NCBI GenBank assembly: GCA_050012755.1 | Contig: JBEKGO010000046.1 | Span: forward strand, 1 to 14,458 | Reading direction: 5' to 3' | Source of the DNA: Candidatus Bathyarchaeia archaeon | Lineage (GTDB): Archaea > Thermoproteota > Bathyarchaeia > Bathyarchaeales > Bathycorpusculaceae | DNA: 14,458 bases | Shown here: positions 1-9,325 of the stretch, one piece after another | Numbering within the stretch: the stretch's first letter is position 1 | Layout: each line of letters starts with the position of its first letter | Program-made: the position numbers and the translations under genes | Notes under the pieces: generated by a model | What the model saw: the letters and a program-made list of their open reading frames with translations, nothing else | Told to the model about the DNA's origin: nothing | Databases searched by the model: none

Positions 1-45
1 TGAACCAAAAAAGCAACCCAATGTACAGAGGACAAAGTCTTGTGC

Positions 46-58
46 AGAAACCTTATAA
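46..58 (+). promoter_or_regulatory. Putative archaeal BRE-TATA upstream of the repeat array
   Basis: AGAAAC-CTTATAA resembles BRE + TATA, like the candidate promoters at 1171 and 5887. Confidence 0.35.
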
Positions 59-70
59 TAATCGCCCCGT

Positions 71-251
71 TTTCGCGCATTTCCACACAGAATTACACAT
101 ATAAACACATTTTAACACAATTAGACACATTTCAGCTCAAATCCACACAAATAAACACGCAACCTGCAAACGCACCAAACCCTAAACCAAGGAAGCAACT
201 CAAAACACAAACAACAAAACAGGGCACAAAAAACCGTCAATAACTAAGTTC
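71..251 (+). repeat. Non-coding dispersed element, copy A: nine in-register 10-bp units (71-160) plus conserved tail (165-251)
   Basis: Decamers from 71: tttcgcgcat ttccacacag aattacacat ataaacacat tttaacacaa ttagacacat ttcagctcaa atccacacaa ataaacacgc, with ACACA or a variant always at positions 5-9. The tail aligns to the reverse complement of 12459-12540; 225-246 matches 20/22. Confidence 0.8.
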
Positions 252-399
252 ACTATTCGATTTAAGAGGATTTCATAATCTTTTCAGCTAACTTTGAACA
301 ACTTGACATTTTCATCAAAGGACAAGGCTACGCTGAAGGGAAATAGAGAAATATCTCCGATGCGAAGATTAAAGATAGGTATTTTTGGAGGCTCTGGGA

Positions 400-831
400 A
401 TGGTGCTAAAACTATCCAAGAAGGATGTTGCGTTTATGCAGCAATTGCCCGTGTGCCGATTAGCTACCGCTACTGAAGATTGTGAGCCCATAGTGAGGCC
501 TGTTTGGCCCGTTTTCGACGGCTCAAACATTTACATTGCATCTGACCCTGACACGCCCAAGCTGGAGCAAATAGAAGCAAACCCACAGGTATCATTAGTC
601 TTTGATGATTATGACAAAAAAAACTGGTCAATCATCAAAGGAATACGTGTTCAAGGAGAAGCAACCATCATGTGGAACGGCCAAGAATACCGTTATGCCC
701 ATGACCTTCTTAAGGAAAAATACCCCGAATACCAAACTGAAGAAGGCGGCTGGAAAGAAGGCGACATTCCCATAATCAAGGTGACGCCAACATCCTATAC
801 AACATGGGCACAGGGCAAATGGAAAAAATAA
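400..831 (+). CDS. Pyridoxamine 5'-phosphate oxidase-like (PPOX/split beta-barrel) flavin- or F420-binding oxidoreductase
   Basis: Motifs CRLAT, PIVRPVW, K..QIEANPQVSLVFDDY, GIRVQGEA and LKEKYPEY. ATG 400 follows GGAGG (387-391) and is preferred over TTG 385. Confidence 0.85.
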   Translation: MVLKLSKKDVAFMQQLPVCRLATATEDCEPIVRPVWPVFDGSNIYIASDPDTPKLEQIEANPQVSLVFDDYDKKNWSIIKGIRVQGEATIMWNGQEYRYAHDLLKEKYPEYQTEEGGWKEGDIPIIKVTPTSYTTWAQGKWKK

Positions 832-875
832 CTGCATTTTCACTAAAAAGCTCCTTTTAAGTGCTTCTCTTCGCG

Positions 876-1127
876 TTATTTTTCTCCCTTGATTATTCCT
901 ATGGGACCAACCATAAACGGCAGCTTCAAAGTTCCAGGGATAAAGGGTGAGTTTCGCGTTTCCACGAATTTCACTTGGGTGATTCCCCAGCTTTTTATGG
1001 TTGCAACCAACGTTTCGGGTTCTCCATAGATTTGTTTGAGTAAGAAGAGGTCTTGGAACGCGAATTTTCCACCCTTCTTGACCACACGCAAAGCCTCACG
1101 GATAACCTCACGCTTGCTTTTTGCATT
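876..1127 (-). pseudogene. C-terminal remnant of a class I SAM-dependent methyltransferase
   Basis: Frame reads (stop 1130-1128) NAKSKREVIREALRVVKKGGKFAFQDLF...GEK*. EALRVxKxGG is the late methyltransferase motif; the N-terminal SAM-binding glycine motif is absent. Confidence 0.75.
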
Positions 1128-1163
1128 TTAAAGCTAAATTCTTCCCTGAATTTGTTCAATCAC

Positions 1164-1185
1164 AAAAAATCTTATATCTTAGATT
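1164..1185 (+). promoter_or_regulatory. BRE/TATA of the ferritin-like gene, overlapped by an imperfect palindrome
   Basis: AAAAAAT-CTTATAT (1171-1177) lies ~40 bp before ATG 1215; AATCTTA-tatc-TTAGATT spans 1168-1185. Confidence 0.5.
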
Positions 1186-1214
1186 GCTCTTCTTTGCATA
1201 GAAGTTGTGATTCT

Positions 1215-2195
1215 ATGGCAGTTAAAACAACCCCTGACTATGTGAATTTACTAAACAGAGCAGTTGAACGTGAAATTGGCGTTTCGCTGCAATATATTCT
1301 TCAACACGCAAAAATGGAAAAACTTGTACGCAGAACTATATCTGAAAACACCCTATTAGACAAAACAACCTACGACGCCGTTGGAAAATTCCTACGTGAA
1401 ATCGCCATCCAAGAAATGAAACATGCAGCAACTATTATGGAACGCATTTACTATCTGGGTGGGCAAGCATCAACTAAATCAAGCAAAGTTAACGTTGGCG
1501 ATAGCATAAGCGAATTTGCCAAACTGGGCGTAAAAGCTGAAGAAGAAGCCTTAACACTTTACCGCCAAATCATCGAAACAGCTGGAAAAATGGGTGATTG
1601 GGAAACACGTGAAGTCTTCGAGAAAATTTATGGTGAAGAAGAAGGACACTTGTTCAAATTCCAAGAATACACAAAATTCCAAGACGAGAAAGAAGAACCA
1701 AGCAAAGTGCCATTGCCAGAATGGAGAAAAATATACACCGACGATTACTTTACTCTCCTAAACAAAGCTGTATCGGCAGAAATCACCGGCATAATCCAAT
1801 ACACCCATCAACATGAAAAAGCGGCTTTTCTTGAACTCCGAATGAAGAGCATATCATTAGAAACGATCACTGAAACTAACAAGGCCGCTGTAGTAAGTAA
1901 GATTCTGAAAGAAGTTTTCATGCAGGAAATGGATCACCTAGAAAAAATCAGCGAACGCATTTATTTGCTTGAAGGCGAAGCCGCATACAAACCCGATCCG
2001 CTTCCAGTAGTAGGTGACACCGCACAGGACTTTTTGAGATTGGATCATGCATTAGAAAGTAGCGCAATATCACTTTACCGACAAATCATCGCTGAAGCAC
2101 TCAAACGCAGTGACACCACAACAAGACGCATGTTCGAAGACATTATACTTCAAGAAGAAGATCACTTCTGGACATTTGACGACTTCGTAAGATAA
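1215..2195 (+). CDS. Tandem two-domain bacterioferritin/ferritin-like diiron protein (326 aa)
   Basis: Two repeats of LLN.AV..E....QY..QH ... QEM(K/D)H...ERIY.L.G ... E..A..LYRQII ... D..TR..FE.I...EE.H. Start ATG 1215; the ORF-track extension from 1053 overlaps the promoter and the pseudogene. Confidence 0.9.
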   Translation: MAVKTTPDYVNLLNRAVEREIGVSLQYILQHAKMEKLVRRTISENTLLDKTTYDAVGKFLREIAIQEMKHAATIMERIYYLGGQASTKSSKVNVGDSISEFAKLGVKAEEEALTLYRQIIETAGKMGDWETREVFEKIYGEEEGHLFKFQEYTKFQDEKEEPSKVPLPEWRKIYTDDYFTLLNKAVSAEITGIIQYTHQHEKAAFLELRMKSISLETITETNKAAVVSKILKEVFMQEMDHLEKISERIYLLEGEAAYKPDPLPVVGDTAQDFLRLDHALESSAISLYRQIIAEALKRSDTTTRRMFEDIILQEEDHFWTFDDFVR

Positions 2196-2205
2196 AATCA
2201 AACCA

Positions 2206-2221
2206 TCCTTTCTTTTTTGTT
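2206..2221 (+). terminator. Probable archaeal T-tract terminator
   Basis: tcctttcttttttgtt begins ~10 bp after the stop at 2195. Confidence 0.5.
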
Positions 2222-2299
2222 AAACCCTTTAGATTAGGAGTATTTCCGAAAACTTAATTCCGAACACCATACAACACTAGATATGGCAGAGGCGAAGAA

Positions 2300-2437
2300 A
2301 TGAGCAAAAAAGATTTGCCTCGTTGCATAAACTGTGGAAATTTCATAAACGATTGTAATTGCGTATGCCCATACTGCGGAGAAACGGCAAAATGCACTTG
2401 CTGTATAGGCGTAGATAAGGCAGCAGGCGGCGGCTAA
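2300..2437 (+). CDS. Cysteine-rich microprotein, 45 aa, C-terminal GGG (not in the ORF track)
   Basis: Hand translation: MSKKDLPRCINCGNFINDCNCVCPYCGETAKCTCCIGVDKAAGGG*. RBS-like GAGGCGA at 2289-2295; two CxxCG-x4/5-CxC units; fills the gap between two + strand genes. Confidence 0.85.
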   Translation: MSKKDLPRCINCGNFINDCNCVCPYCGETAKCTCCIGVDKAAGGG

Positions 2438-2475
2438 ACCGTCGCTCAACAAAAAATTATTTAACGTGAAGAAAA

Positions 2476-5356
<2,881 letters not shown>

Positions 5357-5364
5357 AAACATTT

Positions 5365-5415
5365 GCCTCAAAGAGAGGCGTAAGAAGCCTTCCTTTCTCC
5401 TTGTTCTCCTTCTCA
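5365..5415 (+). terminator. Short hairpin plus pyrimidine tract after the OFOR operon
   Basis: GCCTC-aaaga-GAGGC (5365-5379) followed by a C/T-rich run. Confidence 0.4.
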
Positions 5416-5448
5416 ATTCACAAAGAGTAAAAATAGACTTATTAAGCG

Positions 5449-5652
5449 CTATTGCAGTAATCGAAATATATCACAAAAAAAATTACCGCAGCTTTGTTTC
5501 AGTCTCTTCTCCATTACAGTAGTTGTAACTCCAGGTTTAACTCTAGCTCTTGCAATTGAAACTAGTTCATCGCTGTAATTCTCGACTACAAAGCAGCGTT
5601 CAGAAGTTGAATATTCTTTTAAGGACTTATCTTTTGCAATTTTTGCCTTCAT
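5449..5652 (-). pseudogene. Truncated cupin-domain protein
   Basis: MKAKI...EYSTSERCFVVEN...VSIARARVKPGVTT resembles the N-terminus of small cupins. Similarity stops (~5518) just before the metal-binding His/Glu motif. Confidence 0.65.
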
Positions 5653-5879
5653 ACCAACGCCCGTAATCAATCCTTTCGTGTTTATCAAGATAAAGGTAAC
5701 TGACTATATGCCATGTCTTAATTATTTTTCTTGCGCAAGACTTAACCAAACCATTATCTGTGAGAAAAGGAGTTTTTTTGCGGAAAAAGGACTGATTCTT
5801 ACTTTTTTATTTTGCATTTTTTGTTTATTTTTTATGGAACAATCTTTATCGTAATAGGTAATATTTCCAGTTTAATGTT

Positions 5880-5895
5880 AAAATACCTTATATAT
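5880..5895 (+). promoter_or_regulatory. Archaeal BRE-TATA promoter of nrdR-nrdD-nrdG
   Basis: AAAATAC-CTTATATAT about 75 bp upstream of the nrdR ATG. Confidence 0.65.
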
Positions 5896-5911
5896 GCGCT
5901 AACTGTAGTGT
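5896..5911. promoter_or_regulatory. NrdR box 1
   Basis: GCGCTAACTGTAGTGT; its reverse complement ACACTACAGTTAGCGC fits the consensus acaCwAtATaTwGtgt. Confidence 0.7.
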
Positions 5912-5927
5912 GTAGGTTAGGTCGTTA

Positions 5928-5943
5928 ACACTACATATATAAC
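5928..5943. promoter_or_regulatory. NrdR box 2
   Basis: ACACTACATATATAAC matches 11 of the first 12 consensus positions and starts 32 bp after box 1. Confidence 0.7.
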
Positions 5944-5965
5944 AAAGCATGAGTATGTTAAATCT

Positions 5966-6412
5966 ATGAGATGTCCCTACTGTAATTCGGAAAACTCCAA
6001 AACATTGGAAACACGTGATTCTCCAGAGAACACTACGCGTAGACGTAGAGAATGCATTAACTGCGGAAAACGTTACACAACCTACGAATATCTGGAAACA
6101 GTAGAGCTTATGGTCCGAAAAAAGGATGGCGAGCTTGAACGCTTCGACGTTAACAAGATAATACGTGGCTTACAGAAAGCATGCGAGAAAAGACCTGTAA
6201 CCATGAGCCAAATCAACGAGTTAGCAGGTAAAGTAAGGCAGGATCTAATGCTTAAAGATACTGAAGAAGTTACGTCCCAAGAAATAGGGGATTTAATTAT
6301 GAAGTATCTGAAAAATTTGGATCGCATTGCCTACATTCGTTTTGCTTCGGTTTACAAACAGTTTGAAGAGCCTGAAGATTTCAGGCGGCTACTCCTTGAG
6401 GTGAAAAAATGA
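5966..6412 (+). CDS. nrdR: Transcriptional repressor NrdR
   Basis: MRCPYC...RRRRECINCGKRYTTYE zinc ribbon, ATP cone (VRKKDG..E.FD..K) and AYIRFASVY. Confidence 0.97.
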   Translation: MRCPYCNSENSKTLETRDSPENTTRRRRECINCGKRYTTYEYLETVELMVRKKDGELERFDVNKIIRGLQKACEKRPVTMSQINELAGKVRQDLMLKDTEEVTSQEIGDLIMKYLKNLDRIAYIRFASVYKQFEEPEDFRRLLLEVKK

Positions 6413-8535
6413 AGTTTGTCTTAAAACGTGATAGTAAATTAGAACCATTCGATCAAGAACGCATAACAAACGCCATTTGGAAAGCTGCAAAAGCAGTAGG
6501 TGGAACAAACAAAGAACAAGCCAAACGCTTAAGCGACGAAGTTGTTGTTGATCTACAAAAAAAATACGGCGATGATGGAGTACCTACTGTTGAGGAAATT
6601 CAAGATGTCGTTGAAAAACGCTTGATTGAAAATGGACACGCGCAGACTGCTAAAGCCTACATTCTTTATAGAAAACAGCACACTGATATGCGTGAATTAG
6701 CTGCCTTACTAAGTTCCTCAGACATGGTTGATCAATACCTTGAAGTTGAGGATTGGCGCGTAAAAGAAAACAGCAACATGAGCTATTCCCTTCAAGGATT
6801 GAACAATTATTTATCCTCAACAGTAATAGCAAAGTATTGGATATCAAGAATCTATCCTCAAAATATTGCTGACGCCCACTTTTCAGGTGATCTTCACATC
6901 CATGACCTGGGAGTTTTAGGTGCTTACTGCGTCGGCTGGGACATAAGTGAACTATTACTCGCAGGTTTCGGAGGCGTTTCAGGCAAAATAGAGAGCAAAC
7001 CAGCTAAACACTTCCGAACAGCTTTAGGCCAAGTCGTAAACTTCTTTTATACATTACAAGGTGAAGCAGCAGGAGCGCAAGCGTTCAGCAACTTTGACAC
7101 TTACCTTGCCCCATTCATCCGATATGACCACCTTACTCAGCAAGAAATACAGCAAGCACTTCAAGAATTCTTCTTCAACATGAACGTACCGACCCGTGTA
7201 GGTTTCCAGACACCATTCACAAACTTAACTCTGGACTTAACTGTGCCAGATTTCATGAAAAACGAAGCAGTTCTCTACAATGGAAAAGTAACTTCAGACA
7301 CATACGGCGACATGACCAAAGAAATGGAAATGTTCAATTTAGCGTTCGCAGAGGTCATGCGACAAGGTGACTCAAAAGGCAGAGTTTTCACATTCCCAAT
7401 TCCAACATACAACATCACTAAAGATTTCGATTGGGATTCACCTGTATCACAAGCCATTTTTGAAGTCACTGCCAAGTACGGTGTACCTTATTTCTCAAAC
7501 TTCGTTAACAGCGACATGAAACCTGAAGATGTACGCAGCATGTGCTGCCGCTTAAGAATAGACAATCGTGAGCTACGCAAGCGAGGCGGCGGATTCTTCG
7601 GCGCCAACCCATTAACAGGCAGCATAGGCGTTGTAACATTAAACATTCCACGCATTGGCTACTTATCTAAAGATGAAGACGAATTCTTTGAGCGATTAGA
7701 AACACTAATGGAAACTGCAAAGTCTAGTTTGGAGATAAAACGTAAAGTGCTTGAAGCCTTCACAGATAACGGTTTATACCCGTATTCACGACGTTACCTA
7801 CGACATGTAAAAGAGGGGTACGGCAAATACTGGAAGAACCACTTCTCCACAATAGGCATCGTGGGTGTAAACGAAGCAATCATAAACCTGCTGGGACAAA
7901 ACATAGCATCTCGCGACGGACAAGCCTTCGCAGTTAAAATTTTGAATTTCATGCGAAATCGTCTAGCAGACTACCAAGAAGAAACAGGCAGCATATACAA
8001 CCTTGAAGCAACACCCGCCGAAGGAACCTCTTATCGACTTGCACGCATAGACAGAAAACGCTACAAAGACATAATATTCGCTAACCAAAAACAAGTTGCA
8101 ACTGAACACGCAGAGCCATTCTACACCAACTCATCCCAGCTGCCAGTAGACTTCAACGGTGACCTATTTGAAGCCTTGGAGCACCAGGAAACAATGCAAA
8201 CACTATACACTGGAGGAACAGTTTTCCATATTTTCTTAGGGGAACGATTGAACTCTTGGAAAGCAGCTGCCGAACTAATCAAAAAAGTATCATGGAACTC
8301 AAAGTTACCTTACTTCACCCTGACACCAACATTTAGCATTTGCCCAACCCATGGCTACACAACTGGTGAACACAAAATTTGTTCCGTCTGCGGAGCAAAC
8401 TGCGAAGTTTACTCAAGAGTGGTGGGCTACTTAAGACCAGTTGACCAATGGAACGATGGAAAACAAGCGGAATTTGCCATACGCAAAACCTTTGACCGAT
8501 CGACAATCGTCACTGCATTACCCATAGCAACTTGA
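6409..8535 (+). CDS. nrdD: Anaerobic (class III) ribonucleoside-triphosphate reductase with ATP cone
   Basis: N-terminal ATP cone, HIHDL, SMCCRL finger loop, TPAEG, CPTH...CSVC and glycyl-radical motif YSRVVGYLRP. ATGA overlap with nrdR and GAGGTGA RBS. Confidence 0.97.
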   Translation: MKFVLKRDSKLEPFDQERITNAIWKAAKAVGGTNKEQAKRLSDEVVVDLQKKYGDDGVPTVEEIQDVVEKRLIENGHAQTAKAYILYRKQHTDMRELAALLSSSDMVDQYLEVEDWRVKENSNMSYSLQGLNNYLSSTVIAKYWISRIYPQNIADAHFSGDLHIHDLGVLGAYCVGWDISELLLAGFGGVSGKIESKPAKHFRTALGQVVNFFYTLQGEAAGAQAFSNFDTYLAPFIRYDHLTQQEIQQALQEFFFNMNVPTRVGFQTPFTNLTLDLTVPDFMKNEAVLYNGKVTSDTYGDMTKEMEMFNLAFAEVMRQGDSKGRVFTFPIPTYNITKDFDWDSPVSQAIFEVTAKYGVPYFSNFVNSDMKPEDVRSMCCRLRIDNRELRKRGGGFFGANPLTGSIGVVTLNIPRIGYLSKDEDEFFERLETLMETAKSSLEIKRKVLEAFTDNGLYPYSRRYLRHVKEGYGKYWKNHFSTIGIVGVNEAIINLLGQNIASRDGQAFAVKILNFMRNRLADYQEETGSIYNLEATPAEGTSYRLARIDRKRYKDIIFANQKQVATEHAEPFYTNSSQLPVDFNGDLFEALEHQETMQTLYTGGTVFHIFLGERLNSWKAAAELIKKVSWNSKLPYFTLTPTFSICPTHGYTTGEHKICSVCGANCEVYSRVVGYLRPVDQWNDGKQAEFAIRKTFDRSTIVTALPIAT

Positions 8536-8550
8536 GAGGAAAAATCTAAC

Positions 8551-9228
8551 ATGAAGTTTAGTGGATTACAAAAAACAAGCTTACTTGACTACCCCGATAA
8601 AGTAGCCAGCGTCTTATTCACGCCTGGCTGCAACCTACACTGCCCCTTCTGCCACAACTGGCGCATAGCTGTAAACCCGCAACCGCCGTTTCTGCAGGAA
8701 GCCGTTGCCCTAGAAATTTTGGAGAGCCGCAAAAAATACGTTGATGCAGTAGTCATCACGGGCGGCGAGCCTTGCATACATAAGGAACTGCCCAAATTTC
8801 TAGCTAAACTTAAGGAACGAGGCTTCATGGTTAAACTGGACACAAACGGCTTTTTCCCAGAAGTTCTTGAGGAATGCTTGGGCAGCGTTGATTACGTGGC
8901 TATGGATGTGAAAACCTGTAGAGAAAAATACAATCTGCTGGGAGCGCAAGATACGGTTGGACTCATGCAGACTATCGAAATTTTAAAGACAGGCAAGGTG
9001 CCTTACGAATTTAGGACTACAGTAGTGCCACAAATAGTTACAGCACAAGACGCCACATGCATCGGCGAAATGGTGAAAGGCTCAAAAATTCATGCGTTAC
9101 AACAGTACATTCCAGAAGATACGTTAGACAAGAAATTTCAAACCCTCAAGCCTTATACACCAGAGATTTTCAGCGAATTTGCACAAATAATAAACAAGTA
9201 TACCGAAAAAGTTCTTGTAAGAGTCTAA
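8551..9228 (+). CDS. nrdG: Class III RNR activating radical SAM enzyme
   Basis: GCNLHCPFCHN, TGGEP, KLDTNG and YEFRTT motifs; adjacent to nrdD. Confidence 0.95.
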   Translation: MKFSGLQKTSLLDYPDKVASVLFTPGCNLHCPFCHNWRIAVNPQPPFLQEAVALEILESRKKYVDAVVITGGEPCIHKELPKFLAKLKERGFMVKLDTNGFFPEVLEECLGSVDYVAMDVKTCREKYNLLGAQDTVGLMQTIEILKTGKVPYEFRTTVVPQIVTAQDATCIGEMVKGSKIHALQQYIPEDTLDKKFQTLKPYTPEIFSEFAQIINKYTEKVLVRV

Positions 9229-9325
9229 TTTTCCTTATTCTGTTCAATTGCCCGAAGTTGTTAAACTGAAGGTTCGGAGAATTTTCTTTAACCACCCAAA
9301 AAGAAGTAATTGAAAAAAGTGCTAA

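Noticed and set aside
71-160. CRISPR array
   Set aside because: The period is 10 bp, there are no 25-40-bp repeats with unique spacers, and no cas genes are present.
40-243. 67-aa ORF across the repeat element
   Set aside because: Low-complexity T/Q/K sequence; the 10-bp period is not codon-compatible and the frame is not conserved in copy B.
266-346. Open frame EDFIIFSANFEQLDIFIKGQGYAEGK*
   Set aside because: No start codon and no recognisable family; it might be a gene remnant but that cannot be supported.
290-360. TPP/FMN riboswitch upstream of the PPOX gene (GCTGAAGGGAA)
   Set aside because: Lacks the CTGAGA/ACCTGA core of TPP and the FMN consensus.
1053-1214. N-terminal extension of the ferritin ORF
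   Set aside because: It overlaps the methyltransferase remnant and the TATA box; ferritin similarity begins after ATG 1215.
5765-5830. Possible third degenerate copy of the element tail on the minus strand (AAAAATGCAA...AAGAA)
   Set aside because: The match is mostly poly-A; it lacks the AAACCGTC.ATAACTA core and a 10-bp array.
5913-5921. DtxR/IdeR-like half-site TAGGTTAG (also TTAGATTAG at 2229)
   Set aside because: No matching second half-site.
9244-9314. Structured RNA between nrdG and ileS (CCGAA/TTCGG, TTCAATT/AATTGAA)
   Set aside because: Stems are short and weak; the region is adequately explained as convergent T-rich terminators.
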